DNA of 62,017 bases from Ginglymostoma cirratum (taxonomy: Eukaryota), in assembly GCA_024137785.1 (NCBI GenBank), contig JAHRHZ010000069.1:10045545-10107561 (forward strand). Reading direction: 5' to 3'. Shown here one piece after another: positions 1 to 11,936 of the stretch. The notes under the pieces were generated by a model. The model saw only the letters and a program-made list of their open reading frames with translations, made no database searches and was not told where the DNA came from. Positions within the stretch are counted from its first letter, which is position 1; each line of letters opens with the position of its first letter. Both the position numbers and the translations under genes were made by a program.

Positions 1-2755
1 ACCCTATCTGCCTGTGACTCCACTTTTGAGGAACCGTGCACCTGTACCCAGAGGTCTCTTTGTTCAGCAACACTCCCAGGGCCCTACCATTAACTGTATG
101 AGTGCTGCCTTGGTTTGCCTTTCCAAAATGCAACACCTCACATTTGTCTAAATTAAACTCCATCTTCCACTTCTCAGCCCACTGGTGCATCTTATCGAGG
201 TCTAGTTGTAGTCTCAGATAATTTTCTTCACTGTGCACTACATCACCTATTTTAGTGTAATCTGCAAACTTACTATCGATACCTCCTTTATTCGCATCCA
301 AATTATTTATATAAATGACAAAAAGCAGTGGACCCAGCACTGAACCTTGTGGCATACCATTGGTCACAAGCCTCCCGTCTGATAAGCATCCCTCTACCAC
401 CATCCTCTGTCTTCTATCTTCAAGCCAATTGGCTAGGTCCCTCAGGTACCATGTGATCTAACCTTACCAACCAGTCTACCATGCAGAACCTTGTTGAATG
501 CTTTGCTGAAGTCCATATAGACAATGTCTAATGCTTTGCCTTCATCAGTCTTCTTTGCCAACTCTTCAAAAAAGTCAATCAAGTTAGTCAGGCACAATTT
601 TCCACACACACAGCCATGTTGACTATCCCTAATCAGTCCTTGTCTCTGCTCACTGGTTGATAGTTCCCTGACATTTCCTTACAGACTTTATTAAATAATA
701 GCACCACGTTAGCCAACCTCCAGTCCTCCAGTACCTCACCCGTGATTGTCAATGATGCAAATATCTCAGCAAGGAGCCCAGCAACCTTTTCCTTAGCTTC
801 CCGCAAGATTCTGGGAAACACCTGATCAGGTCCTGGAGATTTACCTCCCATTATGCGTTTTAAGACCTTCAGCACCTCTTCTTCTGTAATAGGAACTCTT
901 TTCAAGACATCACTATTTATTTTCCCAAGTTTCCTAGCTTCCATGCCCTTCACCACAGTAAATGCTGATGTAAAATGAACATTTAGTATCTCATCCATCT
1001 CCTGTGGTTCCACGCATAGATGGCCACGTTGATCTTTAAGGGGCTCTATTCTCTCCCTAGTTACTCTTTTGCAATTGCTGTACTTATAGAATCTGTTCGG
1101 ATTTTCCTTAACTCTATTTGCCAAAGTTATCTCATGTTCCCTTTTTGCCCCCCGATTTCCCTCTTGAGTATACTGCTACTGCGCTTACAGTCTTCTAAGG
1201 ATTCACTCGATTCCGGCTGTTTACACCTGACATATTCCTCCTTCTTATTCTTGATCAGAATCTCAATTTCTCTAGCCATCCAACATTCCCTACACCTGCC
1301 TATTTTGCCTTTCACACTAACAGGAAAATACGGCCTCTGAACTCTTGTTATCTCATTTACAATGGCCTCCCACTTCCCAACCATCCCTTTACCTGCAAAT
1401 AACCTCCCCAATCAACTTTTGAAAGTTCCTATCTCATACCATTAAAATGGTTCTTTTTTTTTGATCAGTTCTATCCTTTTCCATAACTATTTTAAAACTA
1501 ATATAATTATGATGAGTTGCTCGAAAGTGCTCCTTCACTGACACCTCAGCCTTATTTTCCAACAGCAGGCCAAGTATTGCTCCTTCTCTAGTAAGTACAT
1601 CCATATATTGAATAAAAATGTTTTCATGTGCACACTTAACAAATTCCTCTCCATCCAAACCCTTAACACTATGACAGTCCCAGTCTATGTTTGGAAAGTT
1701 AAAATTGTCTACCATTACAACTCTATTATTCTTACAGATATCTGAGATCTCCTTATATATTTGCTTCTCAATTTCCTGCTGACTATTGGGGGGCCTATAA
1801 TACAATCCCAACAAGGTGATTGTCTCTTACCTTCTTCTCAGTTGCCTGATCTCCCAGGAATATCCTCTCTCATTACAGGTGTAATGTTATCCCTAACCAA
1901 CAGGCCATTCCCCATCCTCTCTTGCCTCCTTTTCTATCCTTCCTATAGTATCTATACTTGAGAATATTGAGCTGTCAAGTCCTGTCCATTCCTGAGCCAT
2001 TTTTCTGTAACAGCTATAATATCACAGTTGAAGAATAAAGAATAAGGGGTAAGCCACTCAAGGCTGAGATGATGAAGAATTTCTTCATTCAGAATTGTGA
2101 ACCTGTGAAATTCTCTCCCACAGGAAGCTGTTGGGACCAGTTCATTGGATACATTCCAGAGCAATCTGGACATGGCCCTTGCAGCTAAAGGGATCAAAAG
2201 GTATGGAGCGAAAGCAGGAATGGGATACTGAGATTGTATGATCAGCCATGATCATATTGAATGGTGGTGCAGGCTTCAAGGGCTAAAAGGCCTACTGCTA
2301 CACCTATTTTCTAAGTTTCTATGTTTCTATCCCAATCCCGTGTTCCCAACCATGCACTCAGTTCATCTACCTTATCTGTCAGGTCTCTTGCATTGAAATA
2401 AATGCACTTTAGTTTATCAGTCTTACCTCGTTCACTGCCTTGCTCTTATCTGCCTTGACTATGACTTGTTCCTGTTATCTATGTACCAGCCTCAGCCTCT
2501 TCTTACTATCACTTTGGTTCCCCCAGAACCCCCACCCCCTTTACTACTTTAAAGCCTCCTGAGTAGCGCTAGCAAATTGCCCCACAAGGATATTGGTCCT
2601 CTTCAAATTCAAGTGGAACCTGTCCCTCTTATCCAGGTCATTTCTATCCCTGAAGAGATCCCAATGACTCAAAAATGTGAATCTTTGCCCCCTGCACCAG
2701 CAACTCAGCTCCACATTTATCTGCTCTGTCCTCCTATTGCTACTCTCACTATAAG
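1..2755 (-). mobile_element. CR1/HER1-type LINE, decayed ORF2 (endonuclease + RT N-terminal half) and probable end of ORF1; interrupted by another CR1 fragment at ~2030-2330
   Basis: Minus-strand ORFs 1434-1814 (LGLYYRPPNS, VVMVDNFNFPNIDW: APE endonuclease), 1127-1411 and 633-1124 (KSPGPDQVFPRILRE, EDWRLANVVLLF, GNYQPVS: CR1 RT start). The ORF2 start motif KCIYFNARDL lies near 2370-2410. Multiple frameshifts. Confidence 0.95.
2030..2330 (+). mobile_element. CR1 LINE 3' fragment nested in the upstream CR1, opposite orientation
   Basis: CR1 3' end (atgatcagccatgatcatattgaatggtggtgcagg...ggcctact) and a (tttctatg)-type tail. The host element resumes at ~2330. Confidence 0.85.
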
Positions 2756-4166
2756 TCTCCTTAACTTTCTGATTCCAACATTGCAGTTAAAGCCATTGCA
2801 ACAGTCAAATGGGATCTGTTTAAACTTAGCACCAAATACAATGAGCCCTGCTGAGTTCCGGTTTTCCTTGTGCAATTCACACCTTGCCTCCTTTCTCCAA
2901 GTAGCAAAATGGATTCTATCAGAAATGGGGGCAGGACTCCCATATTCAGGTCCCACCTACCGTTTTGAAGGGTCCATGGAGTCTTCCTGACTCTGAAAAA
3001 TTCCAACAGCAAACATGCTGCATCTTTGTCTTGTAAAAAAAAATATAAACAGGAGTCTAGAGAAAGATATATCGCCATGTTAAACTATATACTGTTGATT
3101 TTTACCTGTGTAAACAATATCAGTTATTGATTTAAGCTGGTGTCTTAATTCCATAACCTTTTATATCCAGTCTTACACATGCATTATGAAAGGAATTTAT
3201 ATGGTAGCATGTGCTACATTCAAGTTGCCAGCGTCCAAATTCTCCTTATTAATAATTTCAAATATTACAATTTGCTTTGATATTAGGCAGAAAAAAATCA
3301 TTCAAATTATAGAAAAACTGTGGTTCACTTAAAGATTGCTCAGGATGGAAATTCCAAGAAAAATGCCTAATGTTATAAAAGAAATAAAGAATTTCATGCA
3401 CCTTTTGGGATAGTTATTTAATTTGTTAATTCCTTGGAGACCACTGGAATATAACATTTGAACTGTTTGGCTACTAGTGTCTGCATACCATCAGATATGC
3501 ACGCATTTGACGCGATGTAACTAATCAGCATGTCATTGCTTACGTCACTACATGAAAAATGCTGATTGTCAATCTGTCTTTGGAATCTAACTGAGAAATT
3601 GTTGGCAAATGTTAGAACAAGGTCACAGCATGAATCTTGAGATTGAACTGTTGGGTAGTAGTTTGCAAGTGATTTTGGTCATCAATGCTTTTAATGCATC
3701 AGTTATGGGTGACAGTCAAGATATAGAAGCCATCATCACCCAAACGATTGGAATAACCCTTACATGCCTTGCATGATTTCTTTGCTCAAATACGTTTGGA
3801 TCAGCAAACTTTTTTATTTAAAATGACTGTAATACAGCAACGCTGACAATGGAAACACTGATGTACAATTTCAGATTGGCAAATTCAACACATTGTATAA
3901 AGATTAGCAATAGTGTCTGGTAGATTATATATCCCAGCGATTGGAGTTTCAGCTACTAGGCAGCTAGCCCTGTTATCTATTTCCTATTGCTCTAATCTTT
4001 GGACACCTTGTTTGCTCCAGTACTATCTGGCAACTTGATCAATGCTGTGCTATGAACCCTTGAACTGCACTTGTACAACTTTGCTGATAATCTTACAGTG
4101 CAGCACCTGATTAATAGTCACTTTATCCACTTTTCCGCACTTGTACATGACAAGCTTTCCGTGACA

Positions 4167-5905
4167 TTTTTTTTTCACTCATGGCATGTTGGTGTTGCTA
4201 GCTAGGCCAGCATTTATTGACCTACCCTAGTTGTCCTTGAAAAGGTAGTGATGAGCTGATGATTTGAACTGTTGCAGTCCATATTGCATCTGTACATGAA
4301 CAATGCTGTTAGAAAAGGAGGTCCACTGAAGTGACAGCAATATATTTCCAACTCCAGATGGTGAGTGGCTTGGAGAGAAACTTGCTGGTGGTGTTGTTTC
4401 CACATATATACTGCCCTGTCTTTCTAGATAGAAGTGGTTGTTTTGTCTAAGGATTTTTGATGAATTTCTGCAGTGTATCTTGTAGACAGCACACAGCTGT
4501 TACTATGTGTCAGTGATGGAGTGAGTGGATGTTTGTGGATGTGGTGCCGATCAAGTGGGTTGAGTTGTTCTGGATTGCGTCAAGCTTCTTGAGCATTATT
4601 GGAGCTGCACCCGTCCAGGCAGGTGGGAGTATTCCATTACAGTCCTGAATTCCAGTGAACAAGCTTTGGCGAGTCAGGAGGTGCAGGATTCCTAGACTCT
4701 GACCTGCTTTTGTCGCCACAGTATTTATGTGGCTAGTCCTGGTCAATGGTAAACCCTAGAATGCTAATCATGAGGGATTCAGTCACAGTAATGCCAGTGA
4801 ATGTTGAGAGATGATCGTTAGGTTCTCTCTTGTTGGAGATGGTCGTTGCCTGGCACTTGAATGGCAGAAATGTTACTTATCACTTGTCAACCCAAGACTG
4901 GTTGTCCAGTCTTGCTGTACTTGGACATGGACTGCTTCATTATATGAGTAATTGTGAATGATGTTGAACATTGCTCAATTGTCAACAATCATCCCCACGT
5001 CTGACTTATGAGGGAGAGAAGGTCATTGATGAAGCAGCTGAAAATGGTTGGATCTAGAACACTACCCCGAAGAACTCCTGCAAAGTTGTTCCAGGTCTGA
5101 AATAACTGGCCTTCAACATTCACGACTATCATCCTTGGTGCTATGACTCCAGCCTGTGAACATGTTTCCTATAATTCCCATTGGCTTTGTCATTGAAGAA
5201 CTCCTTGATTTCAAGAAGGCATTGGATATAGCACTTGGGCCTAAAAGGATCAGAGGAAAAGCGGGAACAGGTTATTGAGTTGGATAATCAGTTAAGAACA
5301 TAATGAATAGTGGGGAGGGCTCGCAAGGCCAAATGACCTACTCCTACTTTCTTTGTTTCTATGTTTCAATGCAACATTCACTCAAATGCTGCTTTGATGT
5401 CAAGGGCTGTCACTTTCATCTTACCGATGGAATTTAGCTCTTTTATCCCTGTTTCAACTAAGGCTCTAATTCAGTCAGCTCTAGCAGGATGCCAACTGAG
5501 TGTCAGTGAGCAGGTTATTGCTAAACAAGTGCTGCTTGATAGCACTGTTAATACCACCCTAACTGATGATCGAGAGTGGACTGATGGAATGGTAATTGTC
5601 CGGCTTTGATTTGTTTTTATTCTTATGTAAACTGGATAAACCTGTGTGACTTTCCACATCACCGGGTGGATACCAGTGTTGTAACTGTACTGGAACAACT
5701 TAATTGGGGTTGCAGTAAGTTCTGGAGCACAGGTCTTTAATACAATTGCCAGAATATTGATTGTGAAATTGCTTAGGTCTGCCTATCACTTGCTGCTTAT
5801 GTCATTTAATGCACAAATAGTTCTGTGTTGTCGTCTTACAAAGTTGACACCTCACTTTTTAGATATGCCTGCTGCTGCTCCTGGCATGCCATCCTGTACT
5901 CTTCA
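4167..5905 (-). mobile_element. Decayed non-LTR retrotransposon of the CR1/L2 group (second family), RT and 3' tail
   Basis: ORF 4510-4746 (SHINTVATKAGQSLGIL...LKKLDAIQN) is an RT C-terminus. ORF 5471-5698 (YSYNTGIHPVMWKVTQVYPVY) is an RT N-terminus. 3' tail with AATAAA and an A-run at ~4167-4235. Confidence 0.8.
5200..5367 (+). mobile_element. Short CR1 3' fragment nested in the 4167-5905 LINE
   Basis: Same 3' end as 2030-2330 (ggatatagcacttgggcctaaaaggatc...cctactcctac...tttctatgtttc). Confidence 0.7.
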
Positions 5906-6021
5906 TTTATTTATGCGTATGGTGTCTTTTGCTTAAATTTCCCTTTTTAATCGTTTGAGAGGTCTATATATTTCTTTGGAAAATCACAGTGTGGCTTGAC
6001 TAGAGGTCTAACCTTTCGTTT

Positions 6022-6160
6022 CAACGCAAAATACTGTAGATGCTGAAAATTTGAAACCAGCACAGAGAATTCTGGAGAAACTCAGTAGGTCTTGCAGAAT
6101 CTGTGGAAAAAGAAGCAGTTAACATTTTGAGTCCAGTATGACTCTTTGTCAGTTCTGATG
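6022..6160 (-). mobile_element. Older Penelope-type terminal fragment with a degenerate hammerhead core
   Basis: caaaatactgtagatgctg...gagaaactcagtaggtc...gttaacattttgagtccagtatgactctttgtcag. The minus strand reads CUGACAA-A-GAGUC(auacug)GACUC-AAAAUGUU, a mutated CUGANGA/stem II/GAAAC. Related pieces at ~16476-16540 and ~22660-22752. Confidence 0.55.
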
Positions 6161-7604
6161 ACTAGCGTCTCCACCTTTGTCTCACCTTCCACGTCTGGGA
6201 ATGTATCAAGAATACTTTTTAATGCTTTCATTGCATTGTGATGCTGACATCTTATACAACAGTAGTAGAAATTTAAATCTCCATTCTCACATTCCTCATC
6301 AGGTTCTCAGTGTTGTGCAGGAACCAAAATTCCCAAAGTTGAGGAAGAAATATTGTCATGAAGGAGCTTTGCTGTTTATCCGTGCACTAAATTACGTATT
6401 ACTTCTATCATTTTTCTCTTTTTCTACTTCTTTCTTTCTCTCTCCTTCTCTCTGTTTCTATCTGCTATTCCCCAGAAAACACATAAAGGCTGCAAATCCG
6501 CAGATGTAGCTGGAAATTATATTGGGACTTAGGAATGTCAGCTTTTGGAGGACTTGGGAGGGCCAACGCCTTCATGTGGACCTGCAAAGTACAGAAATAT
6601 TCTTTATTGTTGAAGTTAAATAAAGTGTAGGGGACTCCAAATTTCCAAGGATTCGGACGGCAGGAAGTTTGCAACACTCTACTCCACCACGGCATCCACC
6701 CATGTACCCGTTAATATGGGAAATAATTTACACTCATGTTGCCTATACAATGAACCCAATTCTAGAAGTTGGAATGGTGATTGGGTTTCAAAAGATAGGC
6801 AGGGGGGCAGCCATCTTTTCAAAATCGATTCTCACTGGCAGAGAAAATCCCTAGGGATTTTATGCGCTCAATGCATCCTGGCTACAAATTTGGTATAGTG
6901 GTTACTTGAAAGACCTGAGACAGGCCAATTAAAAAAGCTGCTGTGTAGTTAGTTGATCTCAGCGAGGGGAATGGCAGAACAAATGTTAATCATTGGTGTC
7001 AGCGTCCCCGGATTTGGGAGTGGGAAATCATTCGCAGTTTCTCCTCTGGATTACCACCAGACAGAGACATAAAGAAATGTCTGGGGAAAATGTGATTGGA
7101 CTTCCCAAGCTAGACTCAACCATAAAGAATGTTCACCAAGTGGCTGATATCTTCTCTAAAAGGTGCCCAGCAAGGCACTGTTGCTTACAGGAGAGAAGAG
7201 ACGGAAGAAAACTGCTCAGTGAGGAAACCAAACACAACACAACTTTTAATTACATTGCAAACTGGAATGCACCCTCATAATAATTTCTGACACTGCAGTT
7301 TTATCACCTTTTACATAAAGTAAATGACAAAGCTCTTTATATTGTAGTTGGCAAATGCACTTTGTAGTTTCATATTCAGTTCTATAGAATAGCTTTGATC
7401 CCTGGTCTATGCTGATTGCTGATCTCAGCAGCAGAAGTAGAAATGCTACAGTTAACTCCTAGTTGCTTGGGGTGTTAACATGTAGGATTTTCCACTTCTG
7501 ACTGCAATCAGTGAATGTGATGGGTAGACAGGAATAATCTCTAATATAATGAAAGCAAAAGATCAGATTCTCTGTACAAGGTTGAGGTCTGATTGTCTGT
7601 GAGT

Positions 7605-7935
7605 GTTGGGTAGGGAGGTTAGATTGAGGGTGTGCCGGGGTGGGAAGAGGGAGTAGGTTGATTCCACACCAAGTTGGGAAGGGAGAGGATGGAGGGAAAG
7701 TCAGGTCCAGAGTTTGGGATAGGGGTGGGGGAGGTTTGCAGGTTCAGTCCAGAGTGGGGAGGTGGAGTGCTGGTCAGATGGGCCAAGGAGTGGTTATGGG
7801 CCAAGTCAGACGCCAGAAAAGTGGGATGGGGGGTGTTTCCGATCTGAGGAAGCATTGGTGCAGTGTGGAATTGTTTTGGGTCTGGTCCAGGATGAAAACA
7901 GGGATGGGGGAGTTTGCCTGTGGTGGTTGCCAATG
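7605..7935 (+). repeat. G-rich, strand-asymmetric low-complexity tract
   Basis: Dense GGG runs with recurring gtccag/ggtcag words and few C on the + strand. Confidence 0.6.
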
Positions 7936-9992
7936 TGAATGATTTTGATAGGCAGAAATAATCTTATAGCTGGCCAGGAGTTAGAGAAGGTTTTAAGCCC
8001 GATAATATTTCCTGGCTAGCCATTCTGGTAAATCAGTCAGGACCTTCTGAAGTTTCCAAATCTTAACTGCTGGGCAATTCCTGTGTCTTCATTGTATTGG
8101 GACTCCTACATGATCCCAATGTGAATCTTCCAGGGTACATTCGAAGACAATTCAGAGACTGGAAGATCAGGGTCAATATCTTTCAAAATGTGATCTGAAT
8201 AAATACCTTAATAGAAAAACTTTGTAGGGCCATAGGGAAAAAGCAGAACAACAAGATTAATTGGACAGTTCCTTCAGCACAGCCACAATGTGCCAAATGA
8301 CATCCTTCAGAATAATACAATTCTGTGTTCCCATAGCACACTGGTATCTGATTCGGTTCTCAGTTGATATAAATGTACAGTTAACCTGCAGGGGACCCTG
8401 AACTGTGGACACAGCACATTTAGCGCTAACTGTGGATTAGTAATCCCCACCCTAGCCTGGTATCATTGACCTATGTTGTAACACCTCCACTTTCACAATG
8501 ACTGAAATTTTTAAAAAAACGACAGTAGAATGCTCCTGCTTACACACCAAGCACTCAACGTACTGAGACAGAGCAGACTAGAATTAATTTAATGCAATTT
8601 CTCCAGCTAGCTTGACATTGTTTAGCCCTGTCTAGGTAACCAGCTCAAATGATTAGAAAATCCATTATCACAAAACCATTATTGGAAATAGTCATGACGA
8701 AGGCTATGACCCTTAAGCGCACATTCTGCTGTGTATTTATTTTTCAATTATTTTTACTTTGCTAGCTCTGTGCCTTTTGAGCCTAGAAAGATCAATTTCT
8801 GGGGTCATTTGAGTGTGATTTACTGTAGTGTCAGGACAATCACTAGCCTGCCATTAGAACAAAAATTAAGTTGGCTTGCCAAGTTAGCACTTTCCCCAGA
8901 CTGAAGCCATGCTCTTTTATAGAGGTTGCTTTACTGCTGACAGGAGCTGCCTGTCAGATGGCAAACAGCTATTGTCCCTGGGAATCCTGTGTACTTATTT
9001 AGCAAACTCATTTGTTTATTTCGTTATTGTACGGGACAAACAGCCAACTGCTGATTTTACGTTCGTGACTTTCTGGGCCAGATTCTGTGTATTAGAAAGA
9101 AAGCCCTCGTGCTGCACAAATGTGCTGACCATTGTTGGCTCATTGTTTGTGTGATTCTCGAGTAGCTTGGAACTGCGTGAACTGCAGAGTTTAATTTTAT
9201 GGCTGAAAGATCCTCTGCTGTCTCTTGTACAAGTTCTTACCTGTAGCAGGGTTGACGGTGGCCAGTGACTTCTGTGGGAGATGACCCGAGCAAGGCGTCC
9301 ATTTTGGCTGCATGCTTCCAGTTGGGTCATGAGCAAATTATTCGAAGTGGAGGCAATTTCAAACTGCTTTACTCCATGGTTATTATGCAAGAAATTTCAT
9401 TGAGAATAAAATCGATTTAAAAGGAAGACAACTACTAAGGGTAGCAATCTGCAGTGGTCTGGAGGATAAAGTCATTGGTGGGTAAATATTTTCTAATCAA
9501 CCTGTTCAGAGATGTTATTACACATCTCTGGAGCAGGTGGGATTTGAACCTGGGTCTCCTGGCTCAGAAGAAGGGAGAATAGGGGAAATGTAACAACCCT
9601 TGTTACCTCAACAATTGTTTAATAAGGAATAAGATGGAGTGCTTTTGGTTTTTGATTCCCTTCTTTCCAATAGCCAAGGTCTTTTCCCCAGGGTAGAGGA
9701 GTCCAAAACTAGAGGCCATAGGTTTAAGGTGAGAGTGGAAAGATTTAAAAGGAATCTAAGGGTCAACTTTTTCACGTAGAGGGTGGTGTGTGTATGGAAC
9801 AAGCTGCCAAAGGAAGTGGTGGAGGCTGGTACAATTACAACATTTAAAAAGCATCTGGATGGGTATATGAATAGGATGGGTTTAGGGGGATATGGGCCAA
9901 ATGCTGGCAAATAGGGCTAGATTAATTTAGGATATTTGGTTGGCATGGATGAGTTGGACCAAAGGGTCTGCTCCCATGCTGTATAAATCTAT

Positions 9993-10117
9993 AATAACAA
10001 GCATGGGGCTGGATGAACACAGCAGGTCAAGCAGCATCATAGGAGCAGGAAAACTTGACGTTTCGGGCCTAAACCCTTCATCAGAAATGGGGGAGGGGAA
10101 GAGGGTTCTTTTTATCT
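9993..10117 (-). mobile_element. Short (125 bp) Penelope-type non-autonomous retroelement with a 14-bp TSD
   Basis: Flanked by the exact direct repeat ctgtataaatctat (9979-9992 and 10118-10131). 9998-10075 is identical to 61940-62017. Confidence 0.85.
10053..10088 (-). ncRNA. Minimal type I hammerhead ribozyme motif
   Basis: Minus strand: AUUU CUGAUGA A GGGU(UUAG)GCCC GAA ACGU C AAGU. This gives the core CUGANGA, a 4-bp stem II, GAAA, a palindromic ACGU in place of stem III, a GUC cleavage triplet, and a short stem I (AUUU/AAGU). Confidence 0.7.
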
Positions 10118-11417
10118 CTGTATAAATCTATGACTCTATAACTGGATGGACAGCCAAAACATCTAATGGAGCTGCTGCTTGATAAATTAACCAGGCAAAT
10201 GCATGTGTGTTGGTGATTGGCAGCATGAAATGATGGTGTTGCTGAGTCACTGAAGCTTCATCTAAATGACAGCTAAACAGCCAATCTTTACCGAGGCAAA
10301 AAAACGTTCCCAAACCTTCTTCCCAGACGGTACGTACATGGAATGAGCTTGCAGTTTCAACCACGACAAGCCTCGTCAAGCCTGAAGCCTTACCATGTGA
10401 GCAGCTCCAGTTTTCTGGTAATTTGTGTTCTGGAGAATCTTCCTCCATTTCTGCAGCTCCTCTACCCACCCCCTTCCACCCCCACCTCCCCTCAATCCCC
10501 CACAAAATCATCTGTATCCATCTCCTATCTCATGCTGTAACAGGGTGAAACTAATCTGTGAACTGTCTCCCCACTGCTGAGCATTAAATCGTGCTAAATT
10601 ATGATTTAAGGTGCTGTCTGTTTTCCTTTTATCACCTGCAGTACTAACTGAGATCGCCACAGGATTCACTCATCAAGCATCATCTCTATCGGCTGAAGCT
10701 CAGCTATTTATTTATATAATGTGACAGGAGACAGCAGCTGCTAATTATGGATAGATTACTGTGTGTGTGAGGCCTACATCAGTGTTTCTGAAAATGAATG
10801 GCACAGCAGGGGGGTGGTGTCAGCCATTCTCCTCGCATCAAACTGCAATCAAAATACACTTTCTTTTGTCATTAACAGAGGGTGGGGGAGGACCTAATTG
10901 CCTTTGAGCTGCACATCACTGTCTGCACAAATACGGGATGTTTGATTCCCCCATTTGTATTCTTGTGCTGCCTTCAAAGGCAGTAATGTTTCATGGAACA
11001 GGCATTGGCCATTTGACTAGAAAGACAGAGTGCCGCCTCATGAGCTGGTTTCCACTCCTCAGATCCATTGCTTCAGATTCAGTCAGCGAAAAGCAAATCA
11101 CAATCAGCTCAGGTGTCGGACCCCTACAGTTCTAGAGAGAAGAACAATGCTGGCAACAGATGTCATGTGTTGCTACCGACATTTGCTGCCAGGGATGCCA
11201 TATTGTCTCCATGGCGCTGTGCATGGAAATGGTCTGTCCATATCTGGATTCAAAAGCAAGAGAAGTCACTCATGCCACCTTCGCACTCAGCTGTTCCAGG
11301 TCTAGCCTTTCAATATTTGCAAAACCAACTTGAACACAGGTAGCTGCACCAAATCAGCAGGGATCCCAGCCTCTGGGTATTGAAGACTGTAATCAGCTTC
11401 TACAATATAAGAGGTTA

Positions 11418-11745
11418 ATAGATCACAGAATCCCTACAGTGTGGAAACAGGCTCTTCGGCCTAACAAGTCCATACCAACCCTCAGAGCATCCCACCCAGA
11501 CCCATCCCCCTACAACCCACCTAATCTAGGCATCCCTGAACACTATGGGCAATTTAGCATGGCCAATCCACCTAGCCTGCACATCTTTGGGCTGTGGGAG
11601 GAAACTGGAGCACCTGGAGGAAACCCACACAGACACAGGGAGAATGTGCAAATTCCACACAGACAGTTGCCCGAGGGTAGAATTGAATCCATGTCCCTGG
11701 TGCTGTGAGGCAGTAGTGCTAACCACTCTGCCACTGTGCTGCCCC
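11418..11745 (-). mobile_element. HE1-type tRNA-derived V-SINE
   Basis: The reverse complement begins ggggcagcacagtggcagagtggttagcac (A box). It carries the V-domain (gtttcctccaggtgctccagtttcctcccacag) and a CR1-like tail cctgtttccacactgtagggattct. Confidence 0.95.
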
Positions 11746-11749
11746 AAAT

Positions 11750-11936
11750 AGTTATGATGCTAATGTTAGGGAACATCATCAGTGATGACAGATCATGCAG
11801 AATAGGACTTCAGGGAAGAAGGTTCCAACATTGCCCTGTTCAACCATGTCTCTGAAAATATGTAAGTAGTTTTTAAAAAATTATTAATTTGGTCTAGTAT
11901 GGTTTCCAGTCTTCACCCAGTTGTGATATTTCTATA
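11750..11936 (+). repeat. 5' LTR of the Gypsy element
   Basis: Aligns by eye with ~14832-15051: ggacttcagggaag/ggacctgagggaaag, aaccatgtctctgaaaata/aaccatgtcactgtaaata, tagtatggtttccag/tagtatggttcccag, gttgtgatatt. Confidence 0.75.

Larger units (their letters stand above)
9678..10140 (+). mobile_element. CR1/HER1 LINE 3' fragment, with a Penelope-type insertion in its tail
   Basis: aaaactagaggccataggtttaaggtgag (KTRGHRFKV), ttcacgtagagggtggtg...tggaac, and the 3' end gagttggaccaaagggtctg...ctatgactctat. Confidence 0.9.

Noticed and set aside
11781-11856. Box C/D snoRNA candidate (GTGATGA...CTGA)
   Set aside because: It lies inside the Gypsy 5' LTR, has no convincing terminal stem, and the boxes are not kept in the 3' LTR copy.
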